DNA from: Thermoplasmata archaeon
Lineage (GTDB): Archaea; Thermoplasmatota; Thermoplasmata; Halarchaeoplasmatales; Halarchaeoplasmataceae
Assembly (NCBI GenBank): GCA_003551675.1
Contig: PUNG01000152.1
Location: forward strand, 5,377-69,376
Reading direction: 5' to 3'
Length of the DNA stretch: 64,000 bases
Shown here one piece after another: positions 39,639 through 49,938 of this stretch. Within the stretch, counting starts at the first letter, position 1. Every line of letters begins with the position of its first letter. Both the position numbers and the translations under genes were made by a program. Below the pieces are notes generated by a model. It ran no database searches. It saw only the letters and a program-made list of their open reading frames with translations, and was not told the origin of the DNA.

Positions 39639-40214
39639 TCATGTAAACAAGGCTTCTATCAAAAACACCATCCCTATAACTATGAAAAGCCCTCCCGTGA
39701 TCAGGTCTATCTTATCCCTTTCAAAGAGATCGCCGATTTTAGATCCTAGTAGTACACCGATGGCCGTGATGGTTCCCAAGCCCGCGATGGCTCCTATAAA
39801 AACAAAAACAGGAGAACCATAATGGGCGGTGAGCGCTATGATCGCTAACTGAGTTTTATCTCCAAATTCAGCAAAGATCGAGAGTAAAATAGCGGTGCTC
39901 ATGGCCCCTCCCTTTTTTCTCTTTACCTCCTCAACGTCCTTTTTTCTTTTTCTAAACGTCAGTACGCCGAAGACGATGAAGATAAGCGCTGCTGAGATCT
40001 TGACCGTTCTCATGGGGACAAATCTGAATACCAAAGTTCCCAACGCTACGGACAAGACCGTTACCAGTGCGGTCCCCAGTAAAAGTCCTAAAAACACGAT
40101 TTTTTTCTCGTCGTACCGTGAAGCTAAAGATATGGTGATCAGTTGACTCTTGTCCCCTAACTCCGCGACGAAAACGGTCGTGAAAGTTATAAGGATTATA
40201 CCAAACCACAGCAT
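39639..40214 (-). CDS. UPF0016 (GDT1/TMEM165) family cation transporter
   Basis: Two internal repeats each carry the E-x-G-D-K-[ST] motif (AELGDKSQLI; AEFGDKTQLA). Confidence 0.7.
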   Translation of the reverse strand: MLWFGIILITFTTVFVAELGDKSQLITISLASRYDEKKIVFLGLLLGTALVTVLSVALGTLVFRFVPMRTVKISAALIFIVFGVLTFRKRKKDVEEVKRKKGGAMSTAILLSIFAEFGDKTQLAIIALTAHYGSPVFVFIGAIAGLGTITAIGVLLGSKIGDLFERDKIDLITGGLFIVIGMVFLIEALFT

Positions 40215-40293
40215 CGATATATGTTAATACCTACAGTATAATAACTTTTTTCAAAACAGGATACGGATTGATGGGAAAGGATTAGATTTATAT

Positions 40294-41367
40294 TTGATGG
40301 ATACTTTCCTGAAAAAAGGTGTCCACTTGAAGATATCCTCTCTGGTATCTCGCCCCTATCATGTCCATTTCTTCCAAAACTTTGCCAAGGAGATGGAAAA
40401 AAAGGGCCATAAGGTATTATTGTTCCATACCGGAAACGAGTTGACCCAGAAGTTACTGGAACCACTTCAAATAAAAAATAAAATATACGGCCGCCATTTT
40501 AAAAAACGTGCTACAGCCGCTGTTTCCTCTTTATACAACAAAGCTTCTCTACTCAGAGGGTTGAAAAAATTTGAACCGGATCTTATTTTATCCCTCAACG
40601 GCTCACCGCTATCTCCTTTCAATTCCCTATTAGACGCACCTACCATCGTATTTTTGGATACACGACCTCTCCGTAGAGAAGAGTACTTTATATTCAATTA
40701 TTCTACCAAGATCATCACTCCCGACTGTTATCATGCGGATCTACCTAAAAAGAAGACCCTGTGTCATTCAAGTTATCACCCTCTTGCGTATCTTCATCCT
40801 AATTGGTTCAGTCCTTCTACTAAAGTTCTCGATGCACTGGATATAGAGCCGAAAGATTATGTTATAGCTAGTTTTGGGAGGAACTTACGGAAGAAAATAG
40901 ACATAAGAAAACATCCGCTCAGGAGAAGACAGGTCATCGATCTTGTCAGAAAGTTTGATGAACACTGTACAGTTTTCGTGGATAAAAGAGGGTACGTTCC
41001 AGAGATCTTAGAGGAGTATTGTCCTCCCATCCATCCAGTTCATTATCAAGATCTTTTGGCTAATTCCGCTTTGGTGATAGGCGACAATCCCGTGGTATCG
41101 GCCGAAGCCGGAGTGTTAGGTACTCCTTGGATACACATATCTAATCATACGACCTTTACTTTAGAGGAACAAGAGATCAAATATGAGATCGGTAGCCAGA
41201 TCCCTAATTTAGACGAGGCTATCGAGCTGGGAGAGATGATCTTATCCGGCGAATTGGAGTTGGACCTTAAAAACGTTCGAAAAAATATTTTGAAAGACAA
41301 GTCGGATCTAACTAAGTGGATGCTATATATGACCAGGTCGATGAAAAAACGAGGCTATTTTTCTTGA
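40294..41367 (+). CDS. DUF354-like protein (GT-B-like, predicted glycosyltransferase/epimerase-related)
   Basis: The N-terminal SRPYHVHFFQNFAKEMEKKGHKVLLF resembles the recalled DUF354 start (HPAHVHFFK..I..L...GHEV). Confidence 0.4.
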   Translation: MMDTFLKKGVHLKISSLVSRPYHVHFFQNFAKEMEKKGHKVLLFHTGNELTQKLLEPLQIKNKIYGRHFKKRATAAVSSLYNKASLLRGLKKFEPDLILSLNGSPLSPFNSLLDAPTIVFLDTRPLRREEYFIFNYSTKIITPDCYHADLPKKKTLCHSSYHPLAYLHPNWFSPSTKVLDALDIEPKDYVIASFGRNLRKKIDIRKHPLRRRQVIDLVRKFDEHCTVFVDKRGYVPEILEEYCPPIHPVHYQDLLANSALVIGDNPVVSAEAGVLGTPWIHISNHTTFTLEEQEIKYEIGSQIPNLDEAIELGEMILSGELELDLKNVRKNILKDKSDLTKWMLYMTRSMKKRGYFS

Positions 41368-41368
41368 T

Positions 41369-43192
41369 TTAGATCAGGATGTTCACTCTTTTTCCTTTAT
41401 CTCTATCTCGGAGTATACGTTTTCCCACCCTGGTGCCTTTTCTTATCTTTATAGAACCGTCTTGTCCAACGGTCAGGGTCGAGACGTATTCGTTTTCCGA
41501 GTAGATATCTACACTCTTTCCTGAGTGTTGTGCTCCTATGTCTATCTCTATCTTATCCTTCAGTATGTTTATGTCTACGTTTTTCAGCTCAGAGCCGGTC
41601 TTTCTACGTTCTGCTTTTTCCCATAGAGGTTGGACGTCTATCCTCATATCAAAATCTTCTTCGATCCGTGAGATATTTCTACCGTTTTTACCTAATAAAC
41701 GAGGTATCTCACCGTCGGGCACGTAAACCGTCATCTTGTTAGAAGAGTCGACTTCAACTTCTACCCTTCCTTTAACATATCTCTTCATCTCTCTCCCGAT
41801 CTCACGTTCCGCCATATCCCATATAGGCTTTTTTGTTTTGTCTTCCTTTACGGGCATAACCACGACTTGTTCGCCGTAGGAATACACCTCGTATTCCAGC
41901 ATATCGCTTTCAAAGTCCCTGACCTCTATGACGGGTCGAGCCAAGTCTTCTTCTGTCATGCCTGCTGGAACTTTTACGGTATAGGTGACATCGTAAACTT
42001 TGTTGATCTCCCCCTCTTCCACATATACGATGGTATCCACTACCTGAGGTACCATCCCTAGTTCTACTCTTCCGATCAATCTTTGAAGGGCGTCGATAGC
42101 TCGATTCGCGTGAGTCACTCCTATCATACCGACTCCTGCCAATCTCATATCTGCGAAAACCTTGAAATCGGGAGTTTTTCTTACTTCGTCGTAGATCGTA
42201 TAGTCCGGTCTTACCAAGAGTAGTATGTCTCCTGTATCTTCCATCTTTCCGTCCAGACTGGTATATTGTGTTATCTCGTCTCCTACCTGTAGGTCCCTTG
42301 GTTTTTCCATGGTCTTCACCGTATAATCTAGATTTTTAAGGTATTCCGCGATCGCCTGGGCTAGGGTACTTTTTCCCGCACCCGGTGAACCCGCCAAAAG
42401 AACACCACGCTGCTTTTTTACCAATCTCTTTTTTAGCTTTTCTGATAACCTGTATTGCTCCAGTTCTATCTTGGCCACAGGTTTTACTGCGGTGATCTCG
42501 AAGCCGTCGGAGAATGGAGGTCTAGCTATAACTATCCGTATATCTTCAAGTTGTACTATGGTGGCACCTTCTTTGTCTATCTCTATGAATCCTTCAGAAG
42601 ATCGTTTAGTACTTTCGATGATATCATGGGCTATCTCTCTGAGTTCTTTTTCCGTTAAAACTTCGTCTTCGATTATCTTCGTGCTGATATCACCTGGAGT
42701 TCCCACTTTTGCTTTGGGTTTATCTCCCTTTCTCAGGTGTATCGACATCACATTTTCATGGAAATAATCTCTGATACTCTTATCCGTTTCTCCGTGATTG
42801 AGTTCGGGTTCTAAGTACTCTATGTTTAGTCCTTTTGCTTTGCCAACTTCGGCTTGAACTATGTCGCTGGTGATGAGGGTGGCTTTTTCGTCTATGGCGA
42901 GTTCACGTATGATAGAATCTATCTCTCCGCCGGGACTCAGTTTTTTTTGTTCAAGAGTGGGTCTTTTACCTGCAAAAGAGAGTTTTATCATTCCCTGCTC
43001 ATGATATTTTCTCAATTTTTGTATCTCTTCTAGTCCGCTCAAACCCGTCTCCTGGCCTCGATTGGCCTGTTCCTCTAGTTCGAACAAAACAGCCTCGGGT
43101 ACGATCACCTCCGCCCCTTGGTACAGACTCTCTTCTACTCTGTCCGTGATACGGCCATCGATTATAACACTGGTGTCTGGAACTATCTTCAT
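41369..43192 (-). CDS. PIN-domain / PhoH-like P-loop ATPase / KH-domain protein
   Basis: N-terminal PIN ([15 protein letters not shown]), Walker [13 protein letters not shown] and a C-terminal KH-like [12 protein letters not shown]. Confidence 0.7.
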   Translation of the reverse strand: MKIVPDTSVIIDGRITDRVEESLYQGAEVIVPEAVLFELEEQANRGQETGLSGLEEIQKLRKYHEQGMIKLSFAGKRPTLEQKKLSPGGEIDSIIRELAIDEKATLITSDIVQAEVGKAKGLNIEYLEPELNHGETDKSIRDYFHENVMSIHLRKGDKPKAKVGTPGDISTKIIEDEVLTEKELREIAHDIIESTKRSSEGFIEIDKEGATIVQLEDIRIVIARPPFSDGFEITAVKPVAKIELEQYRLSEKLKKRLVKKQRGVLLAGSPGAGKSTLAQAIAEYLKNLDYTVKTMEKPRDLQVGDEITQYTSLDGKMEDTGDILLLVRPDYTIYDEVRKTPDFKVFADMRLAGVGMIGVTHANRAIDALQRLIGRVELGMVPQVVDTIVYVEEGEINKVYDVTYTVKVPAGMTEEDLARPVIEVRDFESDMLEYEVYSYGEQVVVMPVKEDKTKKPIWDMAEREIGREMKRYVKGRVEVEVDSSNKMTVYVPDGEIPRLLGKNGRNISRIEEDFDMRIDVQPLWEKAERRKTGSELKNVDINILKDKIEIDIGAQHSGKSVDIYSENEYVSTLTVGQDGSIKIRKGTRVGKRILRDRDKGKRVNILI

Positions 43193-43589
43193 ATCTATCT
43201 TTCGAATCGGCCCCTGCCTATTTAGTTTTTCTTTAGATCCGATTCCTTTCGTCTTTTTCCGTTTTTCTTTCGTCAGACAGAACTATCATGGATGATATTC
43301 ATACGAATGATAAAAAACCAGGGGATCGGAAACCGTTAGTAAAGATGGAATTTGCTAAAGTTCTGTTAGAATCTTTGTTTATGCTCGTTCAAACATGATG
43401 AACTATAAGGATAAAATGATGCAGTTTTTCACGTCAGACGGCGGTATCTTTCAGGGATGAAAACCATGGAAAAACCCGGATTTTAGGGATAAAAATCCTG
43501 GATATTAGCGAAAGGTATTTATATTAATAGATTATTCACTACCTGGGGATCGGTGATGACACCGACCTCCCATTTAGGAGGAAAAAAAA

Positions 43590-43810
43590 TGAGCATGGAA
43601 AAAATAAGCGTAGAAAAAGCAAGAGAGATAGCGGATAAGAAAGGTCTAAAGCCCGGCTTAGTTAAAGGTACAGACGGAATCCAGTTCACGAAGGGGAATA
43701 ACGACAGGATAAAGACTGTAGATTGGCCGGAATTCGAGGAGAAATTGAACGAAAGAAACCTTGCGGTCTACGAATCTGGCGGCTGGATGAAAATAATGAG
43801 TGAGGACTAA
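43590..43810 (+). CDS. Small hypothetical protein
   Basis: A GGAGG Shine-Dalgarno-like site lies 8 nt upstream of the ATG (MSMEKISVEKAREIADKKGLKPGL...). Confidence 0.35.
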
Positions 43811-43875
43811 GAAAAACTTAGTCCTCCCTTTCTTTTTTTTATTTCTTTTCGAACTAAATCTTTTTTACACCCCCT

Positions 43876-45564
43876 TTGATTGTATGTCTGATGATAGAGA
43901 TAACCGACAGATGGGGACTCGCAAAAAAAGGCCTATGGGATTTCGAAGGCCATACCATAAAGATACCCAACGTATTTTTTCTTGAAGGAGATCGATTTAC
44001 TCCACCACAGGATGCCGAACTCACACTTTCCGTCGACCGCGGCTCTCTTTTCGATATCTCTAGTTTTTTTATAGATTACCATGAAAGTACGTTTCCAAGG
44101 ATCTTCTCTTATCCGGGAGTCATGGGTAACGTTTTAGTCCAGGAGAAAGACGGACATGAAAAGATACAGGTGGTATATCATCAGCCGTTGGATCCCGAAG
44201 CCGAACTCTATGTGGTGGGCAACGCTCCCGAACTCCTGCAGAGGAGCAGACTACTTTTTGAAAAGATAATAGGACTTAGGAAGGAGATAGATGAGCATAA
44301 GCTTATCTATGTACCGGGTATAGCACAACCTCAAAATATGGCTTTATTGACTTATCTAGGCGTTGATCTGTTTGATTCTACTTTTGCGGAGTTAGTCGGT
44401 TCAGAGGGCGTAGAACTGTCTGATTGGATGGGTTTTTCCGGTGAAACTGAAAAAAGCAAGTTGAATATGTTGAGAGAGCTCCGCCTCCTGCGCAAGGGTA
44501 TCGAACACGGCCGCATAAGGGAGCTGGTCGAGAGTCGGGTCAGCACCGAACCTTGGATGGTGGAGGTTTTGAGACATGCTGACCATGAACAGGAACTATT
44601 TTTGGAGGGCGTACCGGTGACAGGGGACGATGTTTACGTAACGACGAGAGAGAGTTTGAACAGGCCGGAGATAAAGAGATTTTCCCAAAGGATAAAATCA
44701 AGGTACGAGCCGCCGGAAAGAGAAGTTCTACTGCTTCTACCTTGTTCGGCTAGAAAGCCTTACTTTCGATCAAGGACTCATCAACGCATAAGGGAAGCGA
44801 CCCGGCAGGCAGATTGGACTAATATGCAGGAATTGATACTTACCTCTCCCTTAGGTGCGGTACCGAGAGAGCTTGAGCTCTTCTACCCTGCTCAACAGTA
44901 CGATATACCAGTTTCAAATATGTGGTTCAAGGAAGAGAAGGAACTTATCATAGGGCAGTTGAACACGGTGATGGACAAAGGAGACTACAAAAAAGTCATC
45001 TCTCACCTACCAAAAGATATGGAGTTCGTACCCGATAGTATCGAGTGTATAAACACCGCGGCAGGAGATCATCCAACCTCTTCCGAAGCCATAGATAGGC
45101 TTGCGAAAACAGTGAAAAACTTTACTGGACAGAAAAAGGGTGATGTACAGCGGTACTTACGAGAAAATCTTACATCCTTCGCCAGATTTCAATTCGGGAA
45201 GGAGGGCGAAGCCCTGCTCAAGGACGCAGAAGTCAAGGGCAGATACCCTCGTTATAGGATAATATCTAGAGGAAAACAGAGAGGTATGCTGGTCCCGGAA
45301 AGAGGTTTGATCTCCCTGACCATGGAAGGAGCTCGAAAGTTGAAGGAAAAAGGCATCTATCAGGCGCAGATCGATGATTTTGAACCCAAGGGAAGCGTGT
45401 TCGCCGTAGGGGTGAAAAAGGCGTCACATGAGATCAGACCTGAGGACGAAGTTATGGTCATGCACGAGGACGAGCTCAGAGGCGTCGGCCCGGCATCCAT
45501 GTCGGGAAAGGAGATGGAAAAAGCGAATAGAGGCGAAGCCGTAAGGCTCAGACATCACACTTAG
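43876..45564 (+). CDS. arcS: Archaeosine synthase ArcS-like (TGT-like domain plus C-terminal PUA)
   Basis: PCSARKPY matches the recalled PC-X3-KPY ArcS motif. The C-terminal PUA domain reads GSVFAVGV...EVMVMHEDELRGVG. Confidence 0.7.
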   Translation: MIVCLMIEITDRWGLAKKGLWDFEGHTIKIPNVFFLEGDRFTPPQDAELTLSVDRGSLFDISSFFIDYHESTFPRIFSYPGVMGNVLVQEKDGHEKIQVVYHQPLDPEAELYVVGNAPELLQRSRLLFEKIIGLRKEIDEHKLIYVPGIAQPQNMALLTYLGVDLFDSTFAELVGSEGVELSDWMGFSGETEKSKLNMLRELRLLRKGIEHGRIRELVESRVSTEPWMVEVLRHADHEQELFLEGVPVTGDDVYVTTRESLNRPEIKRFSQRIKSRYEPPEREVLLLLPCSARKPYFRSRTHQRIREATRQADWTNMQELILTSPLGAVPRELELFYPAQQYDIPVSNMWFKEEKELIIGQLNTVMDKGDYKKVISHLPKDMEFVPDSIECINTAAGDHPTSSEAIDRLAKTVKNFTGQKKGDVQRYLRENLTSFARFQFGKEGEALLKDAEVKGRYPRYRIISRGKQRGMLVPERGLISLTMEGARKLKEKGIYQAQIDDFEPKGSVFAVGVKKASHEIRPEDEVMVMHEDELRGVGPASMSGKEMEKANRGEAVRLRHHT

Positions 45565-45566
45565 CT

Positions 45567-47087
45567 CTAATATACCTTTTGAAGTCTTGGATGCTCTTCC
45601 AATATCATACCTTCAACTTTTAAAGGTTTCAAGTGTTTAGCTACCTTCACGGCTTCCTCTAATTCTTTCTTACTCTCAGAATACAATCTGTATAGGCATT
45701 CGTCCTTTTCTACCTTATCTCCCTTTTTCTTTTCCAAGAACAAACCAGCACCTTTACAGTGTGGTCCTCCTGCGGCTCTAACGATCCTGATTATCTCGTC
45801 ATTGTTTATACTGTTCACGTATCCTTCTTCTAATGAGCAGATCTCTTCGGAGTACTTTCCTATCTCGACATCTTCGGAACTTACTTCGGGATCACCACCT
45901 TGCCTGTCTATTATCTGTTTCATCTTGTCCAATGCCTTCCCACTTTTCAGGATCCGCTTAGCTTCTTTTTTTCCATTTCTTGAGCCCCCCAGCTCTAATA
46001 TCATGCCTGCTAGTGTAGTAGATTTTTCTATCAGGCTGGAAGGTACATCCTTACTCTCCAAAGCTCTCAGGGCTTCTTTCGCCTCTATGGCGGGCCCCAC
46101 AGCTCTTCCTACCGGTTGTCCGCCGTAGCTCAGGGCACATCTGGTTTCTATACCTATCTCCTCACCCAGTGAGACAAAATCCCGGGCATATCTTCGTCCT
46201 TCTTCCAGGCTTTTAACTTTGGTGTTTTCCCCTATAGGTATATCCATAACAAGATATTCCGCTCCTGCGGCTTTTTTCTTAGACAGGACCGAAGCCAATA
46301 CCTGGGCATAGGGGTCGATCCTCAAAGGATATTCGGCCTTTATTATCAGATCATCGCTGGGAGCCAGATTTACGGCGCCGCCCCATGCGATGGTTCCTCC
46401 TATATCCTCGGCGATCTCTTTTATCTGCTCCGTTGTCAAAGTAACATCGGCCAAAGTTTCGAATATATCTGCCGTACCTCCTGCGCTAGATATGGCCCTG
46501 GAGCTGGTTTTGGGTATCATCAGACCGGCGGCGGCGATGATGGGAACTATCAATAAAGTGATCTTGTTACCAGGAACGCCACCGATACTGTGGTGATCGA
46601 AGACGGGATGCTTGTCGAATTCTATCTTATCGCCTGTATCGATCATGGCTTGGGTAAGATCTTTTATCTCTCTCTGGTTCATACCCTGGGAATATACGCC
46701 CGAGACGTAGGCTGAAAGCTCTATATCCGATAAACGTCTTTCTACGATATCTTGGATTATCTCGTTGATAGCATGGGTAGATAATTCCTTTCCCTCCAAT
46801 TTTTCCCTTATATGTTCGACTGATTCGGGTCTGCCAGTTTGATTCACGCTCAGTCTTTTGCCTTCCTCCGCATGGATCTCGTCTACGATCTTTTCTACCA
46901 GGCCGATCTCTCCTTCGTCCACTAACGTTCTAGATACTTTTACCACTGCAGTGGTGTTTTTTCCATTTTTGTTAACCCTGACCCTGCTCTGACTTTGTAA
47001 CCCCATCCTTTTCGCATCTTCTTTGTGAAGGATAACAACATGTTCTTCAGATTCGAGATCTATGATCTTGGCAGTTAGTTTGATCAT
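45567..47087 (-). CDS. deoA: AMP phosphorylase (thymidine phosphorylase family)
   Basis: HSIGGVPGNKITLLIVPIIAAAGLMIPKTSSRAISSAGGTADIFE; about 505 aa. The start is assumed at MIKLTAKIIDL. Confidence 0.85.
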   Translation of the reverse strand: MIKLTAKIIDLESEEHVVILHKEDAKRMGLQSQSRVRVNKNGKNTTAVVKVSRTLVDEGEIGLVEKIVDEIHAEEGKRLSVNQTGRPESVEHIREKLEGKELSTHAINEIIQDIVERRLSDIELSAYVSGVYSQGMNQREIKDLTQAMIDTGDKIEFDKHPVFDHHSIGGVPGNKITLLIVPIIAAAGLMIPKTSSRAISSAGGTADIFETLADVTLTTEQIKEIAEDIGGTIAWGGAVNLAPSDDLIIKAEYPLRIDPYAQVLASVLSKKKAAGAEYLVMDIPIGENTKVKSLEEGRRYARDFVSLGEEIGIETRCALSYGGQPVGRAVGPAIEAKEALRALESKDVPSSLIEKSTTLAGMILELGGSRNGKKEAKRILKSGKALDKMKQIIDRQGGDPEVSSEDVEIGKYSEEICSLEEGYVNSINNDEIIRIVRAAGGPHCKGAGLFLEKKKGDKVEKDECLYRLYSESKKELEEAVKVAKHLKPLKVEGMILEEHPRLQKVY

Positions 47088-47091
47088 GGGT

Positions 47092-48321
47092 TCACATCCA
47101 TTTATCAAGGGCCTTTTTTAACTCGGTATGCTCTTTTGCATACTCTCTCAATCCGATCCCCGAACAGACGGCATCTACAGCTTGCGTCAACGCCTTAGCT
47201 CCCGCCATCACTCCGTCCGGGTGACCCGAGACACCTCCTCCTGCTTGTATTTGAACGTCTTTACCGCTCACATCCATGAGTTCTTGTACTAATCCAGGAT
47301 GGAGTCCGCCGCTTGAAACCGGCATCACTTTTTTTAAGTCGTGTTCTTCACCTAGTAATACTTCTTTCGAAAATAGCTCTTCAGATATGTCGGCGTGCAT
47401 CTTTCCGGCCCCGTACGTACCCGTATGCAGAGCGTCTCCTCCTGCCATCCTTACCAGTTTGGCTATGACAGGCATGGAGATCCCGTGGTCTGGATTTTTT
47501 GTTATGGCTCCGTGCATGGCTCTATGTACGTGTATAGGCACATCCACTGAAGGATCTTCAGCCAAAGCCTGTAGACCGGGGAACCCTACGGTCAAAACGT
47601 CCACCATAAGTTGTCTAGCACCGTTTTCCAATGCTATATCCGCCGCATCCAATATCTCATGGGCGTTGGTACTGATGTTGTGGGCATGTATCATCTGGTG
47701 ACCTTCTTCTTGAAGCAGGTCCAGCTTTTCACTCACACAGTTTACCCTATCTTCCAAGGGACAGAAGTCTTGGTCCACCAGGGTCTCGTCGTCTTTAGAG
47801 TTAGTGAGTCCACCCTTTCCCGCCTGGTAAACGTAGTCGGCGAATTCCTTGGGTGGCAGTCCTATCTTCGGTTTCACGATGGTCCCTACTAGAGGTTTTT
47901 TAGGTCTGTTAAGTATCGTTCTCAAACCCTCCAGGCCGAATCGGGGTCCAGGATAGTTTTTTACGAGCTTAGAGGGCATCTCTAGATTCACTAAACGCAC
48001 TCCCTCTAACGAATCTAAACCAAAAAGGTTGCCGGCGATTATACTCAAAATCTGGGGGATACCTCCTATGTCGCCTGAAAAATCTATTACAGGGTAGCCT
48101 ATCCTGACTTTGTCGTTCTTGGCCTCAGTAACTTTTGCTCCGTACCTCTGGAATATATCATCCGATAGGGTGGTAGGATGAGTCCAAGTTCCTGTGGATT
48201 CTTCTTCGGCTATCCTCACTCCCGCGGTTTTTATATCCAAGTCGCTTTTGACGGTATATTCACATATCACATACTCTTCCGGGTCTAACTCTTCATCCAA
48301 TGCTAAGTAATCCATACTCAT
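47092..48321 (-). CDS. rbcL: Ribulose-1,5-bisphosphate carboxylase, form III large subunit
   Basis: RuBisCO large-subunit motifs (GGLDFTKDDE-like TNSKDDETL; VSSGGLHPGLV; GGGVSGHPDG). The ATG at 48319..48321 overlaps the TGA stop of the upstream isomerase gene (ATGA). Confidence 0.9.
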   Translation of the reverse strand: MSMDYLALDEELDPEEYVICEYTVKSDLDIKTAGVRIAEEESTGTWTHPTTLSDDIFQRYGAKVTEAKNDKVRIGYPVIDFSGDIGGIPQILSIIAGNLFGLDSLEGVRLVNLEMPSKLVKNYPGPRFGLEGLRTILNRPKKPLVGTIVKPKIGLPPKEFADYVYQAGKGGLTNSKDDETLVDQDFCPLEDRVNCVSEKLDLLQEEGHQMIHAHNISTNAHEILDAADIALENGARQLMVDVLTVGFPGLQALAEDPSVDVPIHVHRAMHGAITKNPDHGISMPVIAKLVRMAGGDALHTGTYGAGKMHADISEELFSKEVLLGEEHDLKKVMPVSSGGLHPGLVQELMDVSGKDVQIQAGGGVSGHPDGVMAGAKALTQAVDAVCSGIGLREYAKEHTELKKALDKWM

Positions 48322-49241
48322 GATTCCATCTCCTTTATTATTCGGTATGCTCCTTCGGGCGATATGACCCCGTTTTCGGTTATTATACAATCTATATATT
48401 CCGAAGGAGTCGCGTCGAAAACGGGGTTTCTTATCTCAACACCAGGAAATTTTTTGGGATCTACGATCTCAGAGGGGTCCCTTTCCTCGATGGGCACCAG
48501 ATCACCGAATGCAGTTTTTCTCGAAAATTTATAACTCTCCGCACAGACGGTGAGAGGCACCCTCGCTTCGTTTGCACACAATGCCACCTGAGATGTACCG
48601 ATCTTGTTGATAACCGCTCCGTTAGAGGTTATGGTATCCGCTCCCACATAAACTTTATCCACGTCTTTCATGGTATGTCTTACGGCGGAATCCACGATGA
48701 GAGTAACGGGTACTCCTACGTTAGAGAGTTCTTTGATGGTTATGTAGCCCTGTTTTTTGGGACGTGATTCGGTGGCGATCACTTTTATGTTCTTACCTTG
48801 ATCCCACGCGTACTTGATCGCGGCCAATGCTAAGGAACTGTTGCAGTGAGTCAATATCACATCGTCTTCTCCGATCCTTTTACCACCGTATTCTGCTATA
48901 TTCTCCTTCGCTTCCAATGAACGTTGGATAAAATCCGAGCAGTTCTTCTTTATCCTTTTTTTCAGTCGTTCAACGTCTTCTTCTTTTTGCGCTCCTTTCA
49001 TGGCACACACAAGGCAGTTCTCTAGAGACACCGCAGTTGGCCTAGTACTGAGCAATTCAGATCTGCATCTTTCCAATTCCTTTAAAAGATCTTCTTTATC
49101 TTCGTTTTCAAACTCTTCTATGACTTTTTTAAGCGCATGGGCTCCAGCCCTAGCTATCTCAGCGGCCCCTCTTATCTCCATGCATTCTATCTTTTCAGCG
49201 ATCTCTTGTATATCGAGTTTCTCTATATCTTCGCACTCCAT
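48318..49241 (-). CDS. Ribose-1,5-bisphosphate isomerase (eIF2B-like family)
   Basis: eIF2B/MtnA-like fold (VILTHCNSSLALAAI...VGADTITSNGAVINKIGT) and a position directly upstream of rbcL. Confidence 0.8.
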   Translation of the reverse strand: MECEDIEKLDIQEIAEKIECMEIRGAAEIARAGAHALKKVIEEFENEDKEDLLKELERCRSELLSTRPTAVSLENCLVCAMKGAQKEEDVERLKKRIKKNCSDFIQRSLEAKENIAEYGGKRIGEDDVILTHCNSSLALAAIKYAWDQGKNIKVIATESRPKKQGYITIKELSNVGVPVTLIVDSAVRHTMKDVDKVYVGADTITSNGAVINKIGTSQVALCANEARVPLTVCAESYKFSRKTAFGDLVPIEERDPSEIVDPKKFPGVEIRNPVFDATPSEYIDCIITENGVISPEGAYRIIKEMES

Positions 49242-49287
49242 GGATAGAGAAAATAGACATATGCTTTAAAAAACCTTTGTAACCTTC

Positions 49288-49938
49288 TCACATATCTAGG
49301 ACATCAAAGAGAGCGGACAGATCCTTTTCTTCTATGACCCAATCCGCAGATCTTTTTACCTTTTCGTCGTCCGGATTGAATGCTATACCCAATCCAGCCC
49401 TTTCAAGCATGGGCGCATCGATATGACTGTTTCCTATGGCTACGCATCGTTCTTTTTTTATGCCTTCTTCGGAGAGCAGTTTTTCGAGGATATCCCCTTT
49501 GTTTTTCAAAGGTACGTCTACGATCCCACGGGAGCTCAACCTTCCTTCATGATCTTTTATATCGTTGGCAAATATCCTGTCAAAGTATTCTCCGCCTACG
49601 TGTTCCGCCAAAGGCTTCAAACCGCCGCTGATTATCGCCGTGTTGTAATTCTCTTTTAGAGAAGGTATCACTTTATGAAAACCTTTCATCACAGGTGCTG
49701 TTTTCAATATGTCTATGATATCTTGTCTCGATATGTTAGGTTCGGCGGACTTCCAAAGTTCGATATCTCTTCTGATGAATTCACCATCGTCTATATCGCC
49801 TCTTTCGTACGCTTTTAAAGAATCTTCGTTATCGACTCCGAATCTATCGTGGATCCATGCCCATGAACTTTTCGCATCGATGAGCACACCATCCATATCG
49901 AATACGATGATCTTCCAATCTGAACTCATTTTATCCAT
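49288..49938 (-). CDS. HAD-superfamily phosphatase (PSP-like)
   Basis: Motif I IVFDMDGVLID and motif IV GNSHIDAPML. Confidence 0.75.
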   Translation of the reverse strand: MDKMSSDWKIIVFDMDGVLIDAKSSWAWIHDRFGVDNEDSLKAYERGDIDDGEFIRRDIELWKSAEPNISRQDIIDILKTAPVMKGFHKVIPSLKENYNTAIISGGLKPLAEHVGGEYFDRIFANDIKDHEGRLSSRGIVDVPLKNKGDILEKLLSEEGIKKERCVAIGNSHIDAPMLERAGLGIAFNPDDEKVKRSADWVIEEKDLSALFDVLDM

